Positions 16,718 through 25,892 of a stretch of DNA of 51,799 nucleotides are shown here, one piece after another. The translations under genes and the position numbers were made by a program. Below the pieces are notes generated by a model. It saw nothing but the letters and a program-made list of their open reading frames with translations, was not told the DNA's origin and did no database searches. The DNA is from Candidatus Babelota bacterium (GTDB lineage: Bacteria; Babelota; Babeliae; Babelales; Babelaceae). The stretch covers positions 7,713 through 59,511 of the forward strand of contig DNBB01000031.1 of assembly GCA_003484685.1 (NCBI GenBank), read 5' to 3'. Positions within the stretch are counted from its first letter, which is position 1. Each line of letters opens with the position of its first letter.

Positions 16718-19339
16718 ATGACGGCATGGTATAAAAAACCCATTGCACAAATTATTCAAGAACTGAAAACAAATAGCACCCAAGGGCTTTCCAATCAAGA
16801 AGCAACAGCGCGGATTCAAGCCTTTGGCCACAATACCATGCAAACAAAAGAGCGAACTTCCTTTATTTGGCTCTTTATACTCCAATTTAAAAACATCTTT
16901 TTAGCAATTTTACTTTGTGCAGGAATCGTAAAAATAGCTATTAATGAATACACTGACGCAACGCTCGTTTTTGGCATTACATTAGTAAGCGCGCTGATTG
17001 GAACCATACAAGAGTTTCGCGCACAAAAAATGGCTCATGCGATAAAAAAATTGCTCCCCAAAAGCACCTTAGTTTTGCGCGAGGGACGCCAAATCTCGAT
17101 TCCCAGTGATGACTTAGTACCTGGTGATATCGTTATCCTATTGGATGGGAGCCTTGTTCCTGCAGATGGCATTTTAATCTCTAATTATGGATTGCAAGTA
17201 AATGAATCACTGTTGACTGGAGAGTCTTTGCCGGTCGTTAAAGAATTTATCGTCAACGGACTAGCGGAAGACCTTCCCTCTTTTGACCGAAAAAACATGG
17301 TATATAGCGGCTCACTGATAGCGGCGGGAACAGCACACATGGTTGTCGTTACAACCGGCATGGATACCCTGGTTGGCAAGCTCGCAAAAAGCATTCAAGA
17401 GACACGACAAAAGCCTTCGCACCTACAAAATGATCTCAATCGCCTTTCTCAAAAGCTTCTAGCAATACTGATTGGCTCGCTCCTCTGTCTTGTAATAATA
17501 GGCATTATACAAGGTTATCCAATCAAAGAACTCATCTTTGCTCTTCTCTCGCTCCTGGTCTCAGTAGTTCCTGAGGGACTCCCTTTGGTGTTTGCTATTA
17601 TGCTAGCACGAGCGGCCTATGAACTTGCGCTTAGGCACAAAGTGCTCATCAAAAATCCTCGGTCCGCAGAAGTGCTCGGCGAAATGGAAACCTTAATCAT
17701 GGACAAAACGGGCACACTGACACAAAATATGCCCAAGGTTATCACCTGCCATACACCCCATGCAACGGTATCCTGGCAGCAAGGTTGTTACCAGGATCAA
17801 CAAAGCCACAAATGTGTAAGCCAGTCGATAGTAGAAGATCAACAAAACCCTCTATGGCTAATAGGATTGACTGGTGCATTGCTTAATGAATCTGAAGAGA
17901 TCGAGGAACAGGGGAAAATAGTAAGTAAGGGTGAACCTTTGCTAATTGCGTTTGGCAAATTTGCAGTACATCTGGGATTTGAAAAGGAAATGACTCAGCA
18001 AAAGCATCCAAAGCTTGACGAGGTACCCTTCTCCTCGCAAACACGCTTACGGTATACTGCCTACGCTCTTGATACGTCTAAGCAGCTATGCATAATTTCC
18101 GGTGCGCCAGAAGAAGTATTTAACCGCCTTACCGGCGACCAAGCCAAAGAACTTGCCTTACTAAAAACATTACTGGCCCAAGGGCAACGAACAATAGCTC
18201 TGGGATATGCACTCAAGCAAAAGAATGATAGCTTGCCCATTTCCCAAATCACCTACCAATTTCTAGCACTAATTGGCATTGAAGACGCTATTAGACCAGA
18301 AGCTCCCAGAGTCATCAAAGAGATCCAAGATCTTGGTATCGAGATCCTCATAGCAACAGGAGATCATGCCGCGACAACCTGTTCAATTTCGCAACAGGTT
18401 GCAATTTCGTGCACATCAGAACAGCACAACGCTTCCAACAAAAACGTGCGCCAAAAGCTGACGGAAGGCAACCATGTTTTTGCGCGAATCACCCCCCAGG
18501 AGAAATTGGAACTTGTTGAAGCGCTTCACAAAATTGATAAGAACAAAACCGTTGGAATGATTGGAGATGGGGTAAATGATGTACCAGCACTTCATGCAGC
18601 AGATGTTGGAATATCCTTTGGCTCTTCTGGCACTGACACCGCGCGCGAGGCCTCCGATGTTCTTCTGATGGAAGATACAATTTCTGCGCTTGCTCCCGCC
18701 ATTATCTGGGGAAGACATGTACGCAATGCAGTTCAGCGCGTAATCTACTTTTTGTTAACAACATCAGTCTCAGAAATATGCATTATTCTTTTTGGATTGG
18801 CGCTCGGATTACCAGTTCCGCTTTTAGCAAATCAGATCCTTTGGCTGCACGTAATTACCGATGGATTTTTGGACTTTGCCATCAGTATGGAGCCTATGGC
18901 TGAACAAATCTTAACCAAACCTTCGGCTCATTCTCTTTTTGCAGAAATATCCGCTAAAAAAATTATTACGACAGGCGTATTAGTATCGTTTTGTACCCTT
19001 ATTATGTTTACGTGGTCCCTTGATGTCGATGTTACCTATGCACGCACTATGGGATTCACTACCTTAACACTTTTTCAATGGGCCATTGCATGGAATTTTA
19101 GAAGTCTTAAAATTGCGCCATACAAACTTGGGTATCATACAAATCGCTGGCTTCTTGGGATGACATTAGCGGTTTTTATCGGGCACTGTATTGCACTATA
19201 TGTTCCGCTCTTTCAAACACTTTTGTACTTTACACCACTTTCATTACATGACTGGCTTTGGTGCGCGTTGCTGCCTGGGTTACTCTTTCTAATCACACAA
19301 TCTCACGCCTGGTTCAAACCACAAAAAAAAGCATTATAA
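16718..19339 (+). CDS. P-type cation-transporting ATPase, P2 (Ca2+-ATPase-like)
   Basis: TGES, DKTGTLT, PEGLP, GDGVNDVPAL and an N-terminal Cation_ATPase_N-like segment; 873 aa. Confidence 0.88.
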   Translation: MTAWYKKPIAQIIQELKTNSTQGLSNQEATARIQAFGHNTMQTKERTSFIWLFILQFKNIFLAILLCAGIVKIAINEYTDATLVFGITLVSALIGTIQEFRAQKMAHAIKKLLPKSTLVLREGRQISIPSDDLVPGDIVILLDGSLVPADGILISNYGLQVNESLLTGESLPVVKEFIVNGLAEDLPSFDRKNMVYSGSLIAAGTAHMVVVTTGMDTLVGKLAKSIQETRQKPSHLQNDLNRLSQKLLAILIGSLLCLVIIGIIQGYPIKELIFALLSLLVSVVPEGLPLVFAIMLARAAYELALRHKVLIKNPRSAEVLGEMETLIMDKTGTLTQNMPKVITCHTPHATVSWQQGCYQDQQSHKCVSQSIVEDQQNPLWLIGLTGALLNESEEIEEQGKIVSKGEPLLIAFGKFAVHLGFEKEMTQQKHPKLDEVPFSSQTRLRYTAYALDTSKQLCIISGAPEEVFNRLTGDQAKELALLKTLLAQGQRTIALGYALKQKNDSLPISQITYQFLALIGIEDAIRPEAPRVIKEIQDLGIEILIATGDHAATTCSISQQVAISCTSEQHNASNKNVRQKLTEGNHVFARITPQEKLELVEALHKIDKNKTVGMIGDGVNDVPALHAADVGISFGSSGTDTAREASDVLLMEDTISALAPAIIWGRHVRNAVQRVIYFLLTTSVSEICIILFGLALGLPVPLLANQILWLHVITDGFLDFAISMEPMAEQILTKPSAHSLFAEISAKKIITTGVLVSFCTLIMFTWSLDVDVTYARTMGFTTLTLFQWAIAWNFRSLKIAPYKLGYHTNRWLLGMTLAVFIGHCIALYVPLFQTLLYFTPLSLHDWLWCALLPGLLFLITQSHAWFKPQKKAL

Positions 19340-19356
19340 TTCGCCGCTAAAATAAA

Positions 19357-19395
19357 AACACAACCTCTGGTATACTTGGTACTAGAGGTTGTGTT
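19357..19395 (+). terminator. hairpin downstream of the P-type ATPase gene
   Basis: aacacaacctctggta / tactagaggttgtgtt forms a 16-bp stem with one G.U pair and a 7-nt loop. The downstream U-tract is weak. Confidence 0.55.
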
Positions 19396-19428
19396 GCTAA
19401 GTGGTTTCTTCTTTTGTGAGCGGAGCAT

Positions 19429-20850
19429 ATGAAGGGTCTTCCAAATATTACTACTGATTTTGCTGAATGGTATCAGGCAGTTGTCTATCAAGCAGAACTT
19501 GCTGATCAGGCCCCAGTACGCGGTTGTATGGTAATACGTCCATATGGCTATGCCCTCTGGGAAGAAATGCAGGGTTATTTTAATCAAAAATTTAAGGAAA
19601 CGGGACACCAAAACGCTGCCTTCCCCTTGTTAATTCCCCTCTCCTTCTTACAAAAAGAAGCTAACCATGTCGAAGGTTTTGCGCCAGAAGTTGCCGTGGT
19701 TACTCATGCAGGAGGCAAAAAACTTGAAGAACCATTGGTAGTCCGCCCAACATCAGAAACAATCATACATCATATGTATGCACGCTGGCTTCGGTCATGG
19801 CGCGATTTACCCATTAAACTTAATCAATGGTGCAGTGTTGTTCGCTGGGAAATGCGCCCACGCCCATTTTTGCGGACCACGGAGTTTTGGTGGCAAGAGG
19901 GACATACGGCACACGAAACCGAACAAGAAGCGCGCGAAGAAGCCGAAACAATGCACAAGCTCTACTATGATTTTGTGCAAAACATCTTAGCGATACCAGC
20001 GACAGCCGGCATTAAACCAGAGCACGAAAAATTTGCAGGTGCTGATGCAACATACACGATCGAATCGATGATGCAGGATGGCAAGGCGGTACAAATGTGT
20101 ACCTCCCATCGCATCTCCCAAAGCTTTGCAAAAGCATTTGATATGAAATTCCAGGACCGATCAGGCAACCTTGCCTATCCATACCTAACAAGTTGGGGAA
20201 GCACAACGCGCCTTATTGGTGCCATGATTATGACACATGGAGATCAAAAAGGGCTGGTCTTACCACCAGCTATTGCACCGATACAAGCGGTCATTGTTCC
20301 AATTGTAAAGGCAGAAAACAGGCAAGAAGTTAGCTCCTACGCTGAGTCTGTTGCCCAACAATTACGTTCTGCGAATATTCGAGTTCATGTTGATGCGCGC
20401 GACGAAATGACTCCGGGCGCCAAGTTTTACGAATGGGAACTCAAAGGCGTTCCAATACGAATCGAAATCGGCCCGCGCGATATGGCCGCAGAACAAATGG
20501 TAATCGTACAACGCCATACCGGCGAAAAGGCAACATATCAAACAATGTTGTGCGCTGAAAAAATTACAACGCTTCTCAAGCAGATCCAAAAGGACATGTT
20601 TACACGTGCTAAGCAACGCCAAGACGTGCAATGGCATGTTACCAACGAACCCCTGTCAACACTCGGCCCCAAACTCAAAGAAGCTAATGGCTTTTATCAA
20701 GTTGGTTGGAATGGTAAGACAGAAGCCGTTGAAGCGCTCAAAGAATACCAGGGAACAATTCGCTGCATCTTGCCAACCAAAAACGCAACACGCTGTTTCT
20801 ACTCAGGTGAAGAGAGCAAGTACGATATTTTGATAGCAAAATCATACTAA
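19429..20850 (+). CDS. proS: proline--tRNA ligase (archaeal/eukaryote-like class IIa form)
   Basis: FAEWYQAVVYQAELADQAPVRGCMVIRPYGYALWE, a 473-aa length with no bacterial-type insertion domain, and a C-terminal ..IAKSY. Confidence 0.9.
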   Translation: MKGLPNITTDFAEWYQAVVYQAELADQAPVRGCMVIRPYGYALWEEMQGYFNQKFKETGHQNAAFPLLIPLSFLQKEANHVEGFAPEVAVVTHAGGKKLEEPLVVRPTSETIIHHMYARWLRSWRDLPIKLNQWCSVVRWEMRPRPFLRTTEFWWQEGHTAHETEQEAREEAETMHKLYYDFVQNILAIPATAGIKPEHEKFAGADATYTIESMMQDGKAVQMCTSHRISQSFAKAFDMKFQDRSGNLAYPYLTSWGSTTRLIGAMIMTHGDQKGLVLPPAIAPIQAVIVPIVKAENRQEVSSYAESVAQQLRSANIRVHVDARDEMTPGAKFYEWELKGVPIRIEIGPRDMAAEQMVIVQRHTGEKATYQTMLCAEKITTLLKQIQKDMFTRAKQRQDVQWHVTNEPLSTLGPKLKEANGFYQVGWNGKTEAVEALKEYQGTIRCILPTKNATRCFYSGEESKYDILIAKSY

Positions 20851-20869
20851 AAACCAGGAACCATCGACT

Positions 20870-21991
20870 ATGAGCGTAACATTTTCGTTTGACCGGGATA
20901 CGCTATTTCCGATCCTTTCATCACTTCAGCCACTCTGTACTCGAAGAACTACCGTTGAAGCAACCAGCAACCTATTGTTGCGCATCAGTAACAAAGAGTT
21001 AGTTATCAAGGCTACCGACCTTGAAATCAGCATTCAAGCGAGCTGTGAACTCATTGATAGTAACGCACTTACTCCTCAGAATATTCTAATTCCCGGGCGC
21101 AGGTTCTTCGAAGTTGTTCGTGAACTTGAAGGAGCTATCACGTGCACATTTGAAGAGAATCAACTTTCAATAACAACAGATAGCATCGAGTTGCGACTTA
21201 ACGTACGCGACTCAGAAGAGTTTCCGCCTTTTCCGGAGCGCATCGAAAATCTGCTCAGTTTTGAGAAACGTGACTTGATTGGCCTCCTTGATTCAGTTGC
21301 ATTTCTCATCCCTCAAAACAACAGCAATCCTGCACTTAACGGGTTACTTATTGAAGTTGATAATACGGCAACCTCCTTTACAAGCACAGATGGCCATCGC
21401 CTTGCGCAGGCCAAGACCACTAAATATTCTTTAGAAGAAACCAAGACATGGTTACTGCCGCGTCGCGCCGCTTTTGAGCTAAAAAAAATATTGGATACCG
21501 TAGCAGACGAGGTACTCTTTTTGGGTACGTGCGATAGCCACTTTGTCATATCAAGTACCCAGTTCAACTTCTTTACTCGACTGATTGCGCAACCGTTCCC
21601 TGAATATCGCCCAATTCTTTCAAGCGCGGGCTTTGACGAATGCCGCCTTGCAAAAACTCAGTTTGTTAAAGCACTCAAGCGCTCTACTTCACTTCTATCC
21701 GGACAGTTCATCGCAAGTAATTTCTTTATTAAGCAGAATGCGATAACCCTCGTGTTCTCAAACAAAGGTGTAGGTACACTTCAGGAAGAAGTCACACTAG
21801 AACAAGGCTTACCAAAGAAAGATCTCGAAATTCGTTTTTATGCACCATATCTGCTTGAAGGGTTACATGCGCTCAAGAACGAAACCTTGCAGTTTTTTGT
21901 AATCAACGCGCAGCGCCCGATAATCTTTAAAGAATCAACCGAAGAGCGGACCGTTACCTACTTGGTCATGCCAGTTTCGCATTCAAAATAA
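20870..21991 (+). CDS. dnaN: DNA polymerase III beta sliding clamp
   Basis: 373 aa, a three-domain length, with TSTDGHRLAQ. It starts 19 nt after proS. Confidence 0.9.
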   Translation: MSVTFSFDRDTLFPILSSLQPLCTRRTTVEATSNLLLRISNKELVIKATDLEISIQASCELIDSNALTPQNILIPGRRFFEVVRELEGAITCTFEENQLSITTDSIELRLNVRDSEEFPPFPERIENLLSFEKRDLIGLLDSVAFLIPQNNSNPALNGLLIEVDNTATSFTSTDGHRLAQAKTTKYSLEETKTWLLPRRAAFELKKILDTVADEVLFLGTCDSHFVISSTQFNFFTRLIAQPFPEYRPILSSAGFDECRLAKTQFVKALKRSTSLLSGQFIASNFFIKQNAITLVFSNKGVGTLQEEVTLEQGLPKKDLEIRFYAPYLLEGLHALKNETLQFFVINAQRPIIFKESTEERTVTYLVMPVSHSK

Positions 21992-22015
21992 GTAGCGCAC
22001 ACAGGTCAAGTAAGG

Positions 22016-23056
22016 ATGAAAATCACCAAGGTACAGCTTCAGAACTTCCGCTGTTTTTCTGCGTACGAGCAACGCATAGAAGAACAACTTGTTGTTATAC
22101 GCGGAGACAATGGTACCGGTAAAAGCTCCCTCCTGGAGGCATTATACACGGCCGTTTTTGCTAAATCATTTCGAACGTCTGACTCAAATCATCTGCGCAC
22201 CTTTGGCGCTGAATATTTTGTCGTCGCACTCACGGGTACTGACCAGTTTAACGATACATGGAACATACGCCTTACTGAAAAAGATAAAAAAAAAGAGCTA
22301 ACGTTTAATAATAAAAAAGTAAAAACCTTTAAAGAGATCTTCCAAATAATCAAGGTACTTTCACTGAGTGAAGAAGATCTAGCAATCATGGCAGGTGCGC
22401 CGGAATTCCGGCGCACCTTTATTGACCGAGCAATTGCATTGCAAGACCCCTCATATATTGAAATCCTGCAGCAACACAAAAAGGTCTTAGCCCAAAAAAA
22501 TAGTCTGCTTAAAAATGGGCACGCAGAAGCGTCATTATTTGATCTCTGGACAGAAAAACAAGATGACCTTGACCGGTATATTCGCGATACTCGCATACGA
22601 TATCTTGAAAAAATAGTCTTGCAAGCAAAAAAGCTGTATGAAGCTTTTGAGGGCGATACGATCAACCTCACCCCCTATTACGAAACGGCACCAATGCCGG
22701 ATAAAGAAATGCGCTGGCAAAGAGAAAAGGGAAGCGAACGTACATTATGGGGTTCCCACAAAGACGACCCATCCATGTTACTTAACGATCAACCGGCACG
22801 CTTTTTTGCTTCGCGAGGACAACAAAAGCTCATTGTTACCCTGCTTCATCTTGCGCAGATTCAGCTACTAAATAACCCATGCATCTTGCTACTGGACGAT
22901 TTTTTAACCGATCTAGACCCATCAAAAGCAAAAACAATCTTAGAAATCGCATTGCAGGCAGGAACGCAGCTTTTTATCTCGACACCAGAGCGGCAGAACC
23001 AGTCCGAATCCTTTCAAACATTTCCTTTTCAAGAGATCCTACTATCAAGAGAATAG
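22016..23056 (+). CDS. recF: DNA replication/repair protein RecF
   Basis: MKITKVQLQNFRCF.., Walker A GDNGTGKSSLLEA and Walker B ILLLDDF. Confidence 0.9.
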   Translation: MKITKVQLQNFRCFSAYEQRIEEQLVVIRGDNGTGKSSLLEALYTAVFAKSFRTSDSNHLRTFGAEYFVVALTGTDQFNDTWNIRLTEKDKKKELTFNNKKVKTFKEIFQIIKVLSLSEEDLAIMAGAPEFRRTFIDRAIALQDPSYIEILQQHKKVLAQKNSLLKNGHAEASLFDLWTEKQDDLDRYIRDTRIRYLEKIVLQAKKLYEAFEGDTINLTPYYETAPMPDKEMRWQREKGSERTLWGSHKDDPSMLLNDQPARFFASRGQQKLIVTLLHLAQIQLLNNPCILLLDDFLTDLDPSKAKTILEIALQAGTQLFISTPERQNQSESFQTFPFQEILLSRE

Positions 23057-23173
23057 AAAACGATTACTTATTGACTCCAGATGCATCATCTGGCAAATCG
23101 TCTGAACAAAAAATACAAACAGAGAAAACGCTAGGAAAGTGCACTATCTACAACTAATTTTAAAAACGAGTGC

Positions 23174-23202
23174 TTGACACAAAAACAATTATCGTCATAA
23201 TA
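23174..23202 (+). promoter_or_regulatory. near-consensus sigma70 promoter with no downstream plus-strand gene
   Basis: TTGACA (23174-23179), a 17-nt spacer and ATAATA (23197-23202). Confidence 0.45.
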
Positions 23203-23208
23203 GAAGAA

Positions 23209-23318
23209 TAAAGATGGGCTTTGAAAGAGGCCTCATTTTTTGTCTTTAAACAAAGGCTTCATTACTACTCTCCTTTTTCCACCGTATTGATGTTCTATCA
23301 ATGCGGTGGTTTTTTATT
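23209..23318 (+). ncRNA. candidate small RNA of about 110 nt (orphan promoter to intrinsic terminator)
   Basis: It is bounded by the promoter above and a 13-bp-stem terminator. It contains the C/U-rich stretch cuacucuccuuuuucc. The only ORF inside is 11 codons. Confidence 0.3.
23279..23318 (+). terminator. canonical intrinsic terminator
   Basis: ccaccgtattgat gttct atcaatgcggtgg is followed by ttttttatt. Confidence 0.8.
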
Positions 23319-23366
23319 CCTTCAAGACTAGCATCCAAGAATAAAATTGCAAGTCTAAATACGGTT

Positions 23367-23428
23367 AAATAGAATAATCCCTCGTTAGAAGTTCCCAAAG
23401 GGAGCAAAGACGAGGGATTATTCTATTT
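23367..23428. repeat. long perfect inverted repeat (19-bp arms, 24-nt spacer)
   Basis: aaatagaataatccctcgt ..24 nt.. acgagggattattctattt. The spacer can itself pair (gttccc aaa gggagc). It lies 37 nt downstream of the ruvC stop. Confidence 0.75.
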
Positions 23429-23464
23429 ATACTATTGCTGCTCACCACTGATTGGGGGCAATTA

Positions 23465-23956
23465 TCAGCCAAAACGAGGGGAAGAGACAACACAAAAGGC
23501 GAGCGCTAAAGCATCCGTTGCATCGCGAGGAAGAGAGGGCAAATCGATCATAGGGAAAAAGCGCGCTACAGCTCGGGCCACCTGATCTTTGTCTGCGCCA
23601 CCAAACCCCGTCATTTGGACCTTTATCTCACGCGGAGAAAGCTGATGAATGCCAAGATTCTGCCGCGTCGCATGAATAAGTAGCGCGCCTCGTAAATAAC
23701 CAAGTTTTAAAAAATTTTGAGCATTTTTGCCCAAGAACGGCGTTTCGAGGCAAAGGTCAGTAACCCCATGTTCCATAATTTTTTCATGAAAGAAATCAAA
23801 AAACAACGCTAAGCGCTGTTCAATCGTTTGCGTAGACTTCTGTCGGAGTGCATTGCATTCACATAGAAAAACACGTCGCTGCGCAATACGCACTATTGCA
23901 TAACCAGCAGCAACATAGCCCGGATCAACCGCCAAAACGATCCGCTCACTCTTCAT
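23465..23956 (-). CDS. ruvC: crossover junction endodeoxyribonuclease RuvC
   Basis: IVLAVDPGYVAAGYAIV.. and ..DATDALALAFC. I chose the ATG at 23956, because the track start at 23971 is TTG. It overlaps the dnaB 3' end by 11 nt. Confidence 0.85.
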   Translation of the reverse strand: MKSERIVLAVDPGYVAAGYAIVRIAQRRVFLCECNALRQKSTQTIEQRLALFFDFFHEKIMEHGVTDLCLETPFLGKNAQNFLKLGYLRGALLIHATRQNLGIHQLSPREIKVQMTGFGGADKDQVARAVARFFPMIDLPSLPRDATDALALAFCVVSSPRFG

Positions 23957-25319
23957 CAGGCAGGTCTTCAAACGTTGTTAATTCGCGCTGGAAGCGCAAG
24001 TGAACGGTACCTGTAGGCCCATTACGTTGTTTACCAACGATTAACTCGGCCTGGTCAGGATACTCAGTATCGGGATTGTAGAGAATATCCCGATACAAAA
24101 ACATAATAAGATCTGCATCCTGTTCAATAGCGCCAGATTCACGCAAATCAGAAAGCATAGGACGGCGGTCAACGCGCGAGTCAACGGCACGAGAAAGCTG
24201 CGAAAGAGCAAGTATCGGTATCTGAAGTTCTTTTGCTAATGCCTTTAAAGAGCGAGATATAGAAGAAACTTCTTGATGTCGATTCTCAAAGCGCCCGCTT
24301 CCATGCAAAAGCTGTAGATAATCAATAACCAATAGCTGGATATCGTTGTCCGCTTTCAATTTACGCGCCTTGGTTCGCAAATCAGCAATCGTCTGCATTG
24401 CCGTATCATCAATAAAAAACTTCATCTCCGCCAGGCGCGCCGCCGCATGCGTAAGATCAACCCACTCATCTGATGAAATTGCTGCATTACGAATAAGATG
24501 ATGCTTAATACGAGATTCGCTAGACAGTAAACGCAAAACTAACTGTTCCGCGCTCATCTCAAGCGAAAAAAATCCAACCGGAAAACCAACTTCTGCCGCA
24601 TGCTGCGCAATACGCAATGCTAACGCCGTTTTACCAACCGAAGGTCGCGCCGCTAAGACAAGGAAATCACTCTTTTGAAAACCGCTTGTCATTTCATCGA
24701 GTTTACGATACCCCGAGGGAATACCTGTCACCCCGCTACGCTGCATCTTAACTTCAGAGAGCTGCTGGAATGCCCGCTTCAACCAAATATCAAGCTGTAT
24801 AAAACCCGCTGCGGCACGCTTATTTGATATTGCAAAAATTGTCCGCTCAGCCTCATCCAACACAGCATCAATTTCGCGATTATCTTGTGCGTAACACGTC
24901 GTAATAATAGAAGTGGCAGATCCAATCAATTGTCGCAAAACAGACTTTTCTTTAATAAGACGGGCATGTTGCTCAACAAGTCCGACCGCCGTAAGGTCAT
25001 CCTGTAACGACAGAAGATATACCACCCCGCCAATTTGCTCGAGTTGGTTTTTTTTAGACAGCTCATCTTGCAACGATATCGTATCAATACGCATCTGACG
25101 CTCAACAAGCCCAGACATTACCGCAAAGATAAGACGGTGAGCAGGAGAATAAAAATCATCAGCAACAAGAACCTCAGACAAGGGAGCAAAGGCTGCATCA
25201 TTAAGCAAAACAGCCCCCAAGACAGATCGCTCTGCCTCAACAACCGCTGGCAGGCTCTTACCTATCACCTGTTCAACGGGCTGCTTTTTTTGAAAATCTC
25301 TTGCTATACGGCTTTCCAA
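23946..25319 (-). CDS. dnaB: replicative DNA helicase DnaB
   Basis: ERSVLGAVLL, Walker A ARPSVGKTALAL, LLVIDYLQL and SQLSRAVD; 457 aa. Confidence 0.95.
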   Translation of the reverse strand: MESRIARDFQKKQPVEQVIGKSLPAVVEAERSVLGAVLLNDAAFAPLSEVLVADDFYSPAHRLIFAVMSGLVERQMRIDTISLQDELSKKNQLEQIGGVVYLLSLQDDLTAVGLVEQHARLIKEKSVLRQLIGSATSIITTCYAQDNREIDAVLDEAERTIFAISNKRAAAGFIQLDIWLKRAFQQLSEVKMQRSGVTGIPSGYRKLDEMTSGFQKSDFLVLAARPSVGKTALALRIAQHAAEVGFPVGFFSLEMSAEQLVLRLLSSESRIKHHLIRNAAISSDEWVDLTHAAARLAEMKFFIDDTAMQTIADLRTKARKLKADNDIQLLVIDYLQLLHGSGRFENRHQEVSSISRSLKALAKELQIPILALSQLSRAVDSRVDRRPMLSDLRESGAIEQDADLIMFLYRDILYNPDTEYPDQAELIVGKQRNGPTGTVHLRFQRELTTFEDLPDEE

Positions 25320-25362
25320 TGGTGCAATCCCCTACTTACCATCAACGATACTTTGGTTTAAA

Positions 25363-25818
25363 TTATGCGCTTGCCTCCGCAACAACTTTAATAGCGATGC
25401 TTGGCTGCAATGAAGAAGAAAGCTTTATTGTAGCAGAAAAAAGGCCCTTTGATTTAATAGATTTATCGAAAAGCACCTGATTCTTTGCAACCACAATACC
25501 CAGCGATTTGAGCACATCAACAACTTCCTGCTGGCTGATAGCGCCATATAGCTTGCCATCATCGTGGAGTTTACGCTTGATAACAACCTCGGCACCAGCA
25601 ATTCGATCTGCCAACTGCGAGCTCTTAACCGTAGTAACAACTTCTTTTGTTTTAATTGTGTCAAAGCGCTTTTGTAATTCGGCTTCATTGTGTGCAGTAA
25701 CAACAACCGCTAATTGGTGCGGTACAAGAAAATTGGATGCATAACCATCAGCAACATTTTTAATCTGGCCAGCCTTACCAACATTGGGAATATCTTTTTT
25801 TAAAAAAACACGTACCAT
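25363..25818 (-). CDS. rplI: 50S ribosomal protein L9
   Basis: MVRVFLKKDIPNVGKAGQIKNVADGYASNFLVP; 151 aa. Confidence 0.93.
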   Translation of the reverse strand: MVRVFLKKDIPNVGKAGQIKNVADGYASNFLVPHQLAVVVTAHNEAELQKRFDTIKTKEVVTTVKSSQLADRIAGAEVVIKRKLHDDGKLYGAISQQEVVDVLKSLGIVVAKNQVLFDKSIKSKGLFSATIKLSSSLQPSIAIKVVAEASA

Positions 25819-25892
25819 GACACCCTCGTCCTAACAATACATACATCCGTCCTTACCTCCGCCCATAGTATATAAAAATTTTCGGAGACCAA

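Noticed and set aside
22189-22671. Long antisense ORFs inside well-supported genes. Examples are 22189..22671 in recF, 7597..8052 in rny, 28147..28590 in the exported coiled-coil gene, 33824..34297 in ftsW, 35364..35762 in ldh and 42147..42557 in trxB.
   Set aside because: These are shadow ORFs opposite strongly supported genes. They have low-complexity or odd composition, no SD and no recognisable motifs.
23057-23464. The AT-rich 408-bp spacer after dnaN-recF as a candidate oriC.
   Set aside because: I found only two isolated, doubly mismatched DnaA-box-like 9-mers (ttatcgtca and ttttccacc). There is no cluster and no adjacent dnaA.
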